From: Candidatus Iainarchaeum sp.
GTDB lineage: Archaea > Iainarchaeota > Iainarchaeia > Iainarchaeales > DTGL01
DNA length: 64,000 nt
Direction of reading: 5' to 3'
Assembly (NCBI GenBank): GCA_026413945.1
Contig: JAOAJX010000006.1
Location: forward strand, 13,577-77,576
Under the pieces are notes generated by a model. That model was given only the letters and a program-made list of their open reading frames with translations. It searched no databases and was not told the DNA's origin. Positions 55,901-64,000 of the stretch are shown here, piece by piece (position 1 is the first letter of the stretch; each line of letters starts with the position of its first letter). The position numbers and the translations under genes were made by a program.

Positions 55901-56848
55901 AAGAAGCTTCCGGGGCCTGGCAAGTACAGAATTTTCCTTGAAATTAACTTCAATAACAACTTTGCATTCTTCAGAGAAGGGAAAACAAACGCAAAAGTAA
56001 GAGTAAAGTATTCAAAAATATCCAGCCCAGAACCTGACTCCTTATTCTACTACTGGCCTATTGACGGCGAAGTTGGGCTTAAAACAGGGCGTAACGGGTA
56101 TGGAAGCACATATGAGAATATCAATAAACCAATTATCATTGGATCTTATGGTGGGAGAGAGCTTAAAACAGATTCGAAGAGCAGTAATGCTCTCGTGAAA
56201 GTTTCTACAAATATTGTCGATAAATTTGAGTATGTTAATACAGATCCTAAGACAAGAGGCAACCTCTTAAGCGCAAAAATTTCTGAAAATGGGCTTTCCA
56301 TTAATTTTTCTCCTAACACGGCATCTTTTGTAATAATGAAGGTTTCAAACAATGAAGAAAACCCAATATATGCAAAATATCAACTCTTTAGTGGTGGGGC
56401 AAAGATCAATTGCGGTGACACATTAGCATATTGGGCTGGAATTGGGAATTGCACTTCATTTTCTGGTGAGCCAATTAAAGAGATTAAAAACCAGCCTGAT
56501 GAACATTTCGGGGAAAGCACTTATGGTTTACAGTGGCCAAACAATGGCAAAGCAAGTAGCGTTTACCTAAGCACTATTTTATTTGTACCATCTAATAAGG
56601 AGTTTGAATTGCGTTCAGCATCTAGAAATGTCATTTTCTTGGACAAGGAGCTTAGCCAAAATGCATCTTACAACCTGAAATCAACTCATAGCCATGCGGT
56701 ACGCTCAATAGACGAACTATTAAACATGATGAAGCAGGGGCTTCTTTGTGTTTCTGCTGAAAGTAATGAGATGCAAATATGGTGGAACCCTGAAAGCACT
56801 GATTACAGCACAGCAGCTGAAATACTTTCAAAAAGGGGCTGTAGCTAG
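49958..56848 (+). CDS. Giant (2296 aa) type-II membrane surface protein, paralogue D.
   Basis: It has a GTG start and no in-frame ATG nearby. The N-terminus RYIAFCEKNKIP plus TM ALPILVAIILILALAYILFF parallels A-C. Shared modules are GGKWASIEWDS, GLYAKAHKLQFYEGSESACKELFC and PKIKLDWSWKTIEWNFCDADNENAAYCDAVQHS. Hydrophobic, Gly/Ala-rich helices lie at about 54347-54525. Confidence 0.85.
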   Translation: MEIEEIEDEENIIYRIKERYIAFCEKNKIPKALPILVAIILILALAYILFFSANPQPKPKEFSLIVYFRDEKGAPVSGLDVNVTINGEKTRRKTDSKGKISITVDENSNVKISLRETLYLDGEWTFKISEDTERTITLKLREKPLEKIIVRFETSKGSTKGKYVKVTLSCSNKAINQWDEFDSDKDGIIEITLPLDCGEVKVENAELENHLFERTFKKGKDIFVTFKEIEIPKGTLRVKIVDDKKELILNKNITVSIERDGERKSSFTQGYGIVEFSNLMPGSYNVYAVDPEQSYSASNTNAIVKANETTEVFLALSRNISAMLLIRTIDMKTLGAIEGATAKVIKNGNTMVEEITKENGIARVPLFDMGSYVIVVKRDGYFPKKIDFNVTSASESVTIELERITEENMGRTFVKVVDEEGMAVKDAKVIFKYKETGAIVELQSKQNYALTDENGTAEFVLGAINSDVYPFAIKYPAFGGSPAQAKKIIPDENNYFEVILKVGKSKIKVMAKDSEGKPLNEAYFEVFSSFDHNSVTKGKMLIIDGMTEYEIKAAQSVYVVVSKEGYIKYKSRILQLWPNEEYEINAVLLKEGEVAKPKIEFLGIFDGNLVASALKAGRTYVVKFNAYFPKGSSKNGFHFRIGENQDANLEPAFIKFVNAKGAKVKIGLTYRPPKSESIEELAPTGGKWASIEWDSNETGTYELYFEIKIKENVKPRTVILFYYRSYAIFDKAVTREPFDEELGELLSTQSKDGLYAKAHKLQFYEGSESACKELFCISGYWLYDAQEDIFLKEPYSVMLFGDYNFLFDIINNSQNDYNKIILIVKNTINNRQDNALAFESLVISIPAGQKELKPKDNEFKEEVMPFSYSEQLKGNVKFKGRIEITTNIAVEIVADRYVVFSKSIPVKVYSAGKLDVNIQPNAFLPFASHDLKIMVRDQSKSPIKGALVTVRRTHDDGTDETLQEITDNNGLVSFKIKESFPKTKIEVLVEKMGYAPFRWEKSVDGNIAKITPESISVNLNTDSKTQEKIILSIENRVGSDLLVKSARFTGGFNGILDEASMNANATTIVGKTIKTKDQLDFALNFLLSQNAEDLMQSNVDLNGAIEIIVSVPRFGADYALVVPFKAKVSLGGLPENAPCISLSGPNVPDWSVATINDTARTEVKISNICISNGKPIDLENLQAKLTWASGSKKAGSIEISINSPDGSTVTKILKPGIWTKLFDGFKNELNSGTYNAVITFKPLPDYAGETASFTIEIDGQTKTDKGLAFVGSDSKIEAKILIIDLKGCIKYPKEKITIKPNEKEAKIKIDANGCNTNISVWLCKDDPKCRGGTEEGGITLIPYEELKFTKTETSKSVTVYREQIAGQYGITVHAKAPDMDYQQIGTIDVVVEPTEREYFSMSRYEFTLTNSTNWKDSTDLINKMWVEDVNITAKLCTACQNPKKLPDYCIMNRALEKSTLDKPDWWVNVAISLGVGLTAGAGCAIAAAEAKIVDPTALIIIAGACFLGSALATYFTISGAECDVQMATYPFMDYVVNLPDDLKGLKVMGKPYDVNLGSDERSSYKKREQILPISFENKGKDSSDKSGYGILEIKAIEHIHGDPTHTNPKMERNKADFGLFNVPDTETKEYSQKIHLRFITNANFSEKLTKAGAETKSCSIGTKSGFTGDGLVPKIKLDWSWKTIEWNFCDADNENAAYCDAVQHSIALTKRLKMLDDFFKANNYSFECPAHPKNKATQSIIDSTNEKESSRSVSIGKVGVSKVEYSANNISLSVVLRAMVENKTADEQSTKIKFLLKNQALAKECEKETIVGSNSSVTVECLFENLVANDDPYFGSAAAVDSSKGNADKKAVTVAFVLQSKNSDCWLPYSTRKIEGKPALLYFIDRNIRNWGNYVNVKEINWPAGWPGSNAQEKIAFLEKLIEFDTLLVRDAYPNSLKSDFVEHYTKETFMDVPTWFSGSSGFKEYFLDKDAIEFETGDSTKKLPGPGKYRIFLEINFNNNFAFFREGKTNAKVRVKYSKISSPEPDSLFYYWPIDGEVGLKTGRNGYGSTYENINKPIIIGSYGGRELKTDSKSSNALVKVSTNIVDKFEYVNTDPKTRGNLLSAKISENGLSINFSPNTASFVIMKVSNNEENPIYAKYQLFSGGAKINCGDTLAYWAGIGNCTSFSGEPIKEIKNQPDEHFGESTYGLQWPNNGKASSVYLSTILFVPSNKEFELRSASRNVIFLDKELSQNASYNLKSTHSHAVRSIDELLNMMKQGLLCVSAESNEMQIWWNPESTDYSTAAEILSKRGCS

Positions 56849-56898
56849 GGACGCAAATTAATTTAAACAAAAAAAGCATTTTTATTAAAGGTGTAATA

Positions 56899-57315
56899 AT
56901 GCTTTGGCTTACTTTATTGAATATTTTGCTCTTTTGGGAAATAATTTCAGATTTTATGCTGGTTCTTAAAATTTTTGCGATTATAACTATAATCTCTTTT
57001 GTTCTAAACCATGTGGAAAGCAAGCCGCTTGCCGCAATACTAATAGTTGCGATATCTTGGTTTGTGGTATTTGAATGGTGGCAATTCTTTGGTGGAATAT
57101 ATCTCTTATATACGCTCATAACGCTAGGTATAAGCGGCATGCTTGTTGACTTCTTTTTCATTAGTGGTATGGCAGGAGATCGTACACCTCAGCAAGTAGC
57201 TGATGATAATTCACCGGTTAGCTCCTCATTGGACTTGGCCCAAAGAAAAGAAAGATTAGAGGCTGCAAGGCGCATACATGCAATGAAAAAAAGGCCCGGG
57301 GGTATGATGAGATGA
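56899..57315 (+). CDS. Small membrane protein (3-4 TM), unknown function.
   Basis: It is 138 aa with hydrophobic helices. Its end overlaps the next ORF by 4 nt (ATGA). Confidence 0.45.
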   Translation: MLWLTLLNILLFWEIISDFMLVLKIFAIITIISFVLNHVESKPLAAILIVAISWFVVFEWWQFFGGIYLLYTLITLGISGMLVDFFFISGMAGDRTPQQVADDNSPVSSSLDLAQRKERLEAARRIHAMKKRPGGMMR

Positions 57316-57632
57316 GCCAGAGGGGAATTCACCTGATGGTGCTTATATTTGTAGCTCTTTTTGTATTGCTTCTGCTACCGCCGATAATAATGGCTATTTT
57401 TAAGCCAGCAGACTTGTTAATAAGGATACTGTTGACAATAATGATATTTGCAACGGTTAGAAACATGCTTGGCTCAAATGCACTTACAATTGTAATAAGC
57501 AGCGTGTTAGTGTATATACTAGTCATAAAATATGCTCCAATAACTGCTTCACTTTATATATTCTTTTTTGTGCTGTTAGCTTACAACTTTATAGCTGCTG
57601 TAATGTGGGGGCTTACAAGGTTGCCAAGGTAA
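57312..57632 (+). CDS. Small membrane protein (3-4 TM), unknown function.
   Basis: It is 106 aa, almost entirely hydrophobic helices, and is translationally coupled to the previous ORF. Confidence 0.45.
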   Translation: MSQRGIHLMVLIFVALFVLLLLPPIIMAIFKPADLLIRILLTIMIFATVRNMLGSNALTIVISSVLVYILVIKYAPITASLYIFFFVLLAYNFIAAVMWGLTRLPR

Positions 57633-57678
57633 TGCGCATAGAAAAACATTTAAATACAGAATCACTTTTCTAATATAC

Positions 57679-58134
57679 ATGGTTGAAGAAAGATTATCAG
57701 AATCGAGACCGATTAAAACATCTACGCTTTTGATGCAAATTATGGAAGACGTGAAAGCACTAAACAGCGCAGTTTCACTTATTTCCCAAAAGATGAGGCA
57801 CATTGCTAGAAATGAGAAAATACTTGGAAGAAACATAATCGTACTAAACAAAAAGATAAAGGAAATTGCTGAAAGCGGTGCTAACCAAGCAATACCTGAA
57901 AGCTTGATAAAGAGAATTGAAGATATTGAAAAAAATTTGGATGATACAAATAAAAAGATCGAGGAAATAAATGTTGTTGTGGCTCATTTACGCAAAGAGT
58001 TTGTAAGCCACGGCGAATTCAATGAGCTGAAGCAAATAGTAGATGCTATAAACCCTTTAGAACTTGTAACAATAGATCAAGTAAAGGAAATTGTTGGTCA
58101 AAGCCAAAAAAAGAGTCAGTCAGTGGGTTTTTAG
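57679..58134 (+). CDS. Coiled-coil protein (151 aa), unknown function.
   Basis: It is charged with heptad-like periodicity (IEDIEKNLDDTNKKIEEINVVVAHLRKEF) and has no TM. Confidence 0.45.
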   Translation: MVEERLSESRPIKTSTLLMQIMEDVKALNSAVSLISQKMRHIARNEKILGRNIIVLNKKIKEIAESGANQAIPESLIKRIEDIEKNLDDTNKKIEEINVVVAHLRKEFVSHGEFNELKQIVDAINPLELVTIDQVKEIVGQSQKKSQSVGF

Positions 58135-59636
58135 TTTTCCTTCTTACAGCAGTCGCTTATACCGGGCCTTATAAGCGCCCTATAATTTTTCCTGTTTTCT
58201 ATAACAACAGCTGCATCATTTCCTGATATTATGCCTATTGTGCTCAAAAAAAGCTTTGCAACATCGCTGTTGATGTCAACCTTATCACTAGCTTCAACAA
58301 TAAGGCCGCAACCATACTTGGCCATTTCGACAAGATCAGCAGCAATTCTTTTGCTTGTATAGTTCGCCGAAAATCTTGGTATTGTCATATTGCTTGCTGT
58401 AAAGAAAACAATCCACCTTAGCTTGCTACTCTCTCCTTTGCTCTTGAAGTAAGTCTTTAGCGCGGCAGTTGTGGCCTGCAGAGAGAGTATGTCTTTTCTG
58501 AAATCATTGCTTTTAAAGAGCAGTATATTTGCTCTGCTAATTCCTCTAGCCCATTTTTTTGTTATGTCTTCTACAGGAGTATAATTTACAAAAAGACCTG
58601 GGTAGATACATTCTATAACTTCTATTATTCTTTGTGCCCCCCTCTTTACAAAAGGGGTTATCTTTGGAGTTTCTTCTATGTCTGCAATTCTCCTTTTCAG
58701 CTCTTCAATAGTTTTGAACCCGCCACGCTTGAAAGTCTCCACTAATACTTGGCTTATAGTATTTTTGCCCAATCCAAAAAGCTCGATAAGAGCTTCTGGA
58801 TCAACATATTCTATCTGGGCGTTTATTTCCAAACCGGAGCGGAAAACCTTTATTGGAAAACCAACTGGATCAAGCTCAACTTTGTATTTTGCTAGCTCAT
58901 CAAATCTTTTGTTTGGATTATTCAAGCCTCTAAAAGAGTCAGTCCAATCAACTATTATAAGTGGAAGATCTGACAGCATAGCGCTTTCAGCCAACACATG
59001 TAGAACATGTAACCTATCGCTTTCCTGACCGCCAAAAACGACAGTTCTTTCAAAAAAGTCAAAAGGTTCCTTTACAGTTGTGTTTGCTTTTGTTATACCA
59101 AGATGTATTTCGCCATGGGTAACCTCTATTATCTCTGCACTATGGCCTCTTTTTGCGATTGGTGCAAAAATTAGATTTATGAGTGGCATAGAATAGAAAG
59201 CTGATTTGGTTTCGTTGTCACAATTATTGAGTTCAGTAAGAGTAACATCGTAAGCACTGCTAACTTTTAAAATCAGCTCTTTGAGTGTTTCGGTTCTCTT
59301 AACAAGCTCATCAAGTTTTTGTGAGATTCTTATTTCATCATAGGGAATATACTCTACGCCAGAGTCGACTAGCACGAACTGATGAGATATATTCGATGAG
59401 CTAATGCTAAGTGTAATTGTTCTTTTTGGAAGATGTTTTAAAAAAGAAGTTACATCACCCTTTGCATGCAATACATGAAAAACTTCAAGAAGAACTGCCT
59501 TTGTACTCTCGCCTTCTTTTTCGTGTATTATAGATAAAATTGTGTTCATGCTATTAGCCTTAACCTCATAGCTAAAGCCCTCTATTTCTCCGACGAGCAA
59601 ATCAGACCAAGGACCTGCAGAAACCTTAATTTCCAT
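58131..59636 (-). CDS. Cytoplasmic 501-aa hypothetical protein.
   Basis: It is a long ORF with balanced composition, no TM and no convincing Walker A motif. It is convergent with the previous ORF with a 4-nt overlap at the stops. Confidence 0.5.
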   Translation of the reverse strand: MEIKVSAGPWSDLLVGEIEGFSYEVKANSMNTILSIIHEKEGESTKAVLLEVFHVLHAKGDVTSFLKHLPKRTITLSISSSNISHQFVLVDSGVEYIPYDEIRISQKLDELVKRTETLKELILKVSSAYDVTLTELNNCDNETKSAFYSMPLINLIFAPIAKRGHSAEIIEVTHGEIHLGITKANTTVKEPFDFFERTVVFGGQESDRLHVLHVLAESAMLSDLPLIIVDWTDSFRGLNNPNKRFDELAKYKVELDPVGFPIKVFRSGLEINAQIEYVDPEALIELFGLGKNTISQVLVETFKRGGFKTIEELKRRIADIEETPKITPFVKRGAQRIIEVIECIYPGLFVNYTPVEDITKKWARGISRANILLFKSNDFRKDILSLQATTAALKTYFKSKGESSKLRWIVFFTASNMTIPRFSANYTSKRIAADLVEMAKYGCGLIVEASDKVDINSDVAKLFLSTIGIISGNDAAVVIENRKNYRALIRPGISDCCKKEN

Positions 59637-59760
59637 TAACCCACCATATAGATAAAATTTTTAAAAGATTTAAAGCTTTCTGTATGCTTTTAGCAAACTA
59701 TATTCTCTAAACAAATAGGATTAACTTTTTAAACCGTAAATGCATTATATTTAGCGCCGA

Positions 59761-60411
59761 TTGGTGGTGTCTTTTGTGGATGAGACTATACTTATAGAAA
59801 CTATAAAGAGAATGAAGGACTCTGGCCTTGAAGATGATGTAATATTAGATACATTAGAAGACGTTGGCATAAGCAGGGAAAGAGGCAAAATACTTATTGA
59901 AAAGTCCTCGGGAAAAACTACATTAGCGGGTGCAATAGAAAAAAAGGATCAACCCATAAAAAAACCTTTAACTGTGCAGGCAGAGAAAGAGGTTAGTGAG
60001 AACAAAGATGAATTTGTGGCAGAGGGAACTGAAAGCGAAATTGGCTCATTGCTTGAGTCTGCGGAGCCGGATTATATAGAAACTGAAGAGAAAGAGATAA
60101 CAACAGCTGAAAGAATAATGGGTAAGATAGATGACACAAAGCTCGAGCACGATTTGCATCACACGACACTGCAAGCGGCAGTAGTTCAACAAACAGGAAT
60201 GATTGAAGATCTGCATAAAACAGTTGGAGAAGCAGTAAACAAAAAACCGGAATGCCCAAAGACTATGAGCGAGCAAGTTACAAAAATGCAATCAGATATT
60301 GAGAAAATAAAGGAAGACATTGATGCACTAAAAGGCGACATTGCCGCAATGAAGGAGCTTATGGAAAAAGTGCTTGAGTCAACAAAAAAAGTTCTTTTAA
60401 GAATGTCTTAG
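59761..60411 (+). CDS. Acidic coiled-coil protein, unknown function.
   Basis: It is 216 aa and Glu/Lys-rich (QSDIEKIKEDIDALKGDIAAMKELMEKVLE). The start is uncertain: TTG at 59761 or the in-frame ATG at 59812. Confidence 0.4.
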   Translation: MVVSFVDETILIETIKRMKDSGLEDDVILDTLEDVGISRERGKILIEKSSGKTTLAGAIEKKDQPIKKPLTVQAEKEVSENKDEFVAEGTESEIGSLLESAEPDYIETEEKEITTAERIMGKIDDTKLEHDLHHTTLQAAVVQQTGMIEDLHKTVGEAVNKKPECPKTMSEQVTKMQSDIEKIKEDIDALKGDIAAMKELMEKVLESTKKVLLRMS

Positions 60412-60432
60412 GTTTGCACCAATATAAGAATT

Positions 60433-60819
60433 TTATTTAAAAATTGCTGAAAATTTTGAAGATAAGTTTTTTGCGGTCTTTCCAAGCTTAGCTTTTATTT
60501 CTTTTGATGATTCGCCTATTGACCATCGCCCATCCTCGTTGAATACTTGCTCACCAGCCTTCCTTCCAACCTCTTTAACCATTTCTGAAACTGCTTCTTC
60601 TGGATATGATGTTTGCGCCTTTGCAACCTCTTGAAGTTCCTTCTTTGCTACAGAAGCTGACTTTGATGCTCCTTTTTTGGCAAAGTCATATGCTTTTTTG
60701 GTGAGAGAAAGCAAAAGATATGAGAAAGCAGCCAGTGAGAAAAAAAAACCCATAAAAACTTGTTTTTGCCAAAAAAAGAAAAGCGCTATGAATATAAGCA
60801 CAAAAAAAACTTCAAGCAT
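60433..60819 (-). CDS. Small membrane-anchored protein (2 TM plus soluble C-terminal domain).
   Basis: The N-terminus MLEVFFVLIFIALFFFWQKQVFMGFFFSLAAFSYLLLSL is followed by a hydrophilic domain. Confidence 0.4.
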   Translation of the reverse strand: MLEVFFVLIFIALFFFWQKQVFMGFFFSLAAFSYLLLSLTKKAYDFAKKGASKSASVAKKELQEVAKAQTSYPEEAVSEMVKEVGRKAGEQVFNEDGRWSIGESSKEIKAKLGKTAKNLSSKFSAIFK

Positions 60820-60823
60820 GTTA

Positions 60824-61138
60824 TTATCCCATGCCTATTTCTTCTTGCCCATATGCACCAAAACCAATATCTGGAGAAAGTTCAGTCCTACTCTCCTTTT
60901 TAAAGCTAAGCACCAATGCTAGCACTATGAGGCAAATTGCAATGACTAACCAAAGGTCTTTAAGCATGTCTCTTGCCATGTAGGTTAAAACTAGGGCCAG
61001 TAGAATTACTGCTGTTGTTGAAAAAGATCTGGAAGTAAGGATCATCACCATAAATATGCCAAAAACTATCCAAAGCTGCCCATATTGCATAAAAAGCATC
61101 ATAAGGACAATTGAAACCGCAATCATTAGAGTATCCAT
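60824..61138 (-). CDS. Small membrane protein (3 TM).
   Basis: It is a 104-aa hydrophobic ORF in tandem with its neighbours on the minus strand. Confidence 0.4.
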   Translation of the reverse strand: MDTLMIAVSIVLMMLFMQYGQLWIVFGIFMVMILTSRSFSTTAVILLALVLTYMARDMLKDLWLVIAICLIVLALVLSFKKESRTELSPDIGFGAYGQEEIGMG

Positions 61139-61146
61139 TTGCTCAC

Positions 61147-61479
61147 CTAATCTTTCAGAAATTCTGGCTTTTTGCTTCCAGCTGGGATTTTTTCAAACAT
61201 GCCACTGAAAAGAGTTTGGATTAGGAAAAGAATGACAGGTATAAGTATAAGTTCGGGGTATTTTACGAAAGTAAGATAGACAACTAAGGTTGTAAGCACG
61301 GCTGCAATCTTTGCTGACCCAAGTTGTTTTTTGAACCAGCCAAATATCCATATAGTGTAAACTATGCAGAGAACAACCCAAAGATTTGTTACGAAGTCAT
61401 TTCTGCCAAAGATAGTATCAAGCACATCCATGAAATAATATTGTTGTTTCCACAATAAAATCCTTTCTTTGACAAGCAA
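61147..61479 (-). CDS. Small membrane protein (3 TM).
   Basis: It is a 110-aa hydrophobic ORF and the first gene of a three-gene minus-strand operon. Confidence 0.4.
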   Translation of the reverse strand: MLVKERILLWKQQYYFMDVLDTIFGRNDFVTNLWVVLCIVYTIWIFGWFKKQLGSAKIAAVLTTLVVYLTFVKYPELILIPVILFLIQTLFSGMFEKIPAGSKKPEFLKD

Positions 61480-61570
61480 TAGTGTTTTTAGGTAAAAATA
61501 GCCATAGTTTTGGAACAGGGCTTAATGAAAAGAATATAATAATAGCTTTCCTTTTTTTATAAGAGATTTA

Positions 61571-64000
61571 TGAAAAAAGAAGTTGCTCTTCTGTTAGATG
61601 TCGATTACACGAAAGAAGGCAAGTCACAAATTGTGCTTTTTTTTAAAGCGAAGAAAGAAAAATTAATGCTTTTTGTGCCGAATTATTTGCCATATTTGTA
61701 CATAACAAACGATGAAAATCCTAAAGAAATAATAAAAAAAATACTTGAAGCAGACTTAAACGGCGTTAAGGCTGCAAATGCTATCTGCGTTGAAAAAAAA
61801 CTCTTTGGCTCTGAAGAAAAAACAAATGCAATAATGGTTTTCTTTAACTCAACAAAGGAGCTAAAAGATGCGCGTGAAGCAATAAAGAGTCTGGGGCTAA
61901 ATGTGCACAAACATGAATTTGACATTCCTTTTGTAAAAAGGTTTCTACTAGACTCTAGCTTAGAGATTTTCTCCTATTATGAAATAGAATATGATGAAAA
62001 GACAAGGGAGATAAAAAAATTTAACAAAACCAGCAATCTTTACGAGCCATTTGAAATTAAAATAGGTGCTCTTGACATTGAGACATATTCACCAGAAAGG
62101 TTTTCCGATCCTTCGAAGGACCCAATAATTATGGCATCTTATGTGGATAAAGATGAAAGGGTCGTCCTTTGCACAGAAAAGATAAACGTCAATTATGCTA
62201 CAAAAGTCAAAGATGAGAAGGAATTAGTTGAAAAGATTGTTGAAAAGATAAAATCAAAGGATTTGGATTTGGTTGTAACATACAATGGCGACAATTTTGA
62301 TTTGCCTTATCTCAAGGTCCGTGCCACAAAGCTCAAAACAAGGTTTGATGTTGGTATTGATGGCTCTGAGCCAGTCACTGTGAAAAAAACACGAGAATCT
62401 GCAACAAAGATAAGGGGAAGGCCTCATATTGATTCTTATCAGTTATTGCGCATCTTAACGCGCTTAGGAGTTGTGAACCTTATAAAAATGGATTTGGAAA
62501 GTGTGAGCAAAGCACTTTTTAATGAGCAAAAGGAAAAAATACCTGCCGAAGAGATAAATAAGATTTGGAATAGCAAAAAAGGGTTGGAAAGGTTGGCAGA
62601 ATACAATCTTTTGGACTCTGAAGTTGCGTACAGAATTGCCGACAGGTATCTACCACTTTTCATAGAACTCGGAAAACTTGTACATTATACGCTTTTTGAT
62701 GTGACTAGAAGCTCGAGCTCGCAGCTTGTAGAAGCTTTGCTTAGTACAGAGGCATCAAAAGAAGATATGCTTATACCAAATAAACCCAGTGACAAGCAAG
62801 TTAGGGAGAGGATAATGCAAAGCTATCAAGGTGGCTTTGTGTATGAACCGGTGCCAGGACTGCATGAAAATATTGCAGTGCTTGACTTTACAAGCTTGCA
62901 TCCAACAATCATAATATCGCACAATGTAAGCCCTGACTCATTAAATTGTGAACATAAAGAGTGCATTGAAAAGAATTCAAGTCCAATAAAATATTGGTTT
63001 TGCACCAAAAAGAAGGGTTTTTTGCCAAAGGTTATACAGCGCTTATTTGAAGAAAGAGTTGCTATAAAGAAATCTCTAAAGAAATTGCAAAAAGGAAGCA
63101 AGGAGTACACGCTTGCTGATGCAAGACAGCACTCTCTAAAGATAATACTTAATTCATTTTACGGTACGCTTGGCTATGCAAGGTTCAGATGGTACAGCAA
63201 AGAGTGTGCTGCAGCAGTTACTGCATGGAGTCGCGAGTATGTCAAAATGGTCGCAGAAGAAGCCAAAAAAGCGGGTTTTCAGATATTATATGGAGATACG
63301 GATAGCACATTTATAAAAATTCCTTATGACAAAAAAAAGGAAGAGGTGCTCGCATTTGTTGAGTATATAAATTCAAAATTGCCCGGAGTTATGAACCTTG
63401 AGTTAGAGGGCTTTTATAGAAGAGGTATCTTTGTAACTAAAAAATCAGAAACAACACAAGCTGCAAAAAAGAAATATGCTTTGATAAGCGAGGATGGTAC
63501 TCTTAAGATTGTCGGCTTTGAATATGTGCGCCGCGATTGGGCCAATATTGCAAAGGAAACACAACGTATGGTTATAAAAGCTATATTGGAAGATGGCTCA
63601 CCAGAGAAAGCAATTGCGATAGTAAAGCAAAAGATACAGGAGTTACGCGATGGCAAAACAAAGAAGAGCGACCTTATTATATACTCACAAATAAAAAAGG
63701 ACATAAATGCATATGAAAGTGTTGGGCCTCATGTTGCTGCTGCAAAAAAGGCTATTATGCAAGGGCGTGATTTAGGTGAAAGCTCAGTTGTTGGCTATAT
63801 AATAACAAAATGTGGTAAAAGCATAAGCGACAAAGCCCAACTCGCAGAGTATGTAAACGAAGGAAACTATGATGCCGAATACTATATAAAAAATCAGATC
63901 ATACCTTCGGTTATAAAAATAATTAGCGAGTTTGGTTATAGTGAAGAAGATCTTGTTGCAGGTGGTAAGCAGGTGAGTTTAGGTTATTTTAGCAAAGGGT
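61571..64000 (+). CDS. polB: Family B DNA polymerase (archaeal PolB), 5' partial. It runs off the window end.
   Basis: The ATG at 61571 opens a frame with no stop through 64000 (810 codons). The Exo I motif is FEIKIGALDIETYS, Exo II is YNGDNFDLPYL and Exo III is YNLLDSEVAYRI. Polymerase motif A is DFTSLHPTIIISHN, motif B is KIILNSFYGTLGY and motif C is ILYGDTDSTFIKI. No intein insertion is seen in the visible part. Confidence 0.95.

Noticed and set aside
61683-63704. Four minus-strand ORFs (61683-61925, 62439-62663, 62826-63110, 63414-63704) listed in the track.
   Set aside because: They are antisense to the unambiguous family-B DNA polymerase frame. The PolB frame is missing from the track only because it has no stop within the window.
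1-64000. Mobile elements, integrases, transposases, toxin-antitoxin pairs, tRNA/rRNA genes.
   Set aside because: No recognisable signatures were found. No DDE or tyrosine-recombinase motifs were noticed and there are no inverted-repeat-flanked cassettes. All intergenic gaps are short (<=125 nt) and AT-rich, without tRNA-like GC-rich stems.

Overview
This is an AT-rich (~37-40% GC), tightly packed, protein-coding window with the hallmarks of an archaeal genome, most likely a DPANN-type small-genome archaeon. The lineage call is an inference from gene content: FlaI/FlaJ-type pilus machinery, class-III-signal-peptide pilins, a PAC2 proteasome-assembly chaperone and an archaeal family-B DNA polymerase.

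Content, in order:
- 1-22: a hairpin plus oligo-T, terminator-like, at the window edge.
- 98-3308: a paralogous pair of surface proteins, each with a signal peptide, Pro/Thr and poly-Gly linkers and a C-terminal TM. The second also has a K/E-rich tail.
- 3374-6586: type-IV-filament module 1. It is a FlaI/TadA-family secretion ATPase carrying an unusual N-terminal 4xCys-cluster (ferredoxin-like) extension, followed by a platform protein split into two overlapping ORFs.
- 6659-11236: a 1525-aa secreted protein anchored by a C-terminal TM.
- 11278-12816: an Ig-like type-II membrane protein.
- 12841-13593: a PAC2-family protein.
- 13615-14891: small membrane and coiled-coil proteins.
- 14895-23439: type-IV-filament module 2. 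It has four minus-strand pilin-like genes with class III signal peptides, a divergent FlaI-like ATPase (759 aa), a FlaJ/TadC-like platform (785 aa) and two more pilins.
- 23453-24103: a small archaeosortase/exosortase-like membrane protein.
- 24174-56848 (about 32.7 kb, half the window): a same-strand array of four paralogous giant type-II membrane proteins (2692, 2439, 2826 and 2296 aa), with a 563-aa pilin-like Cys-rich protein inserted after the first.
- 56899-61479: small membrane and coiled-coil proteins and one 501-aa hypothetical.
- 61571-64000: the 5' part of a family-B DNA polymerase. Exo I/II/III, SLHPTII, KIILNSFYG and YGDTDS motifs are all visible. The six-frame track omits it because no stop occurs before the window ends.

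No rRNA, tRNA, CRISPR array, transposase or integrase is recognisable.

The most interesting signal is the giant-protein array together with its pilus and sortase neighbourhood. I read it as a candidate, undescribed giant surface/host-contact apparatus. A near-identical in-gene tandem repeat lies inside the third giant.
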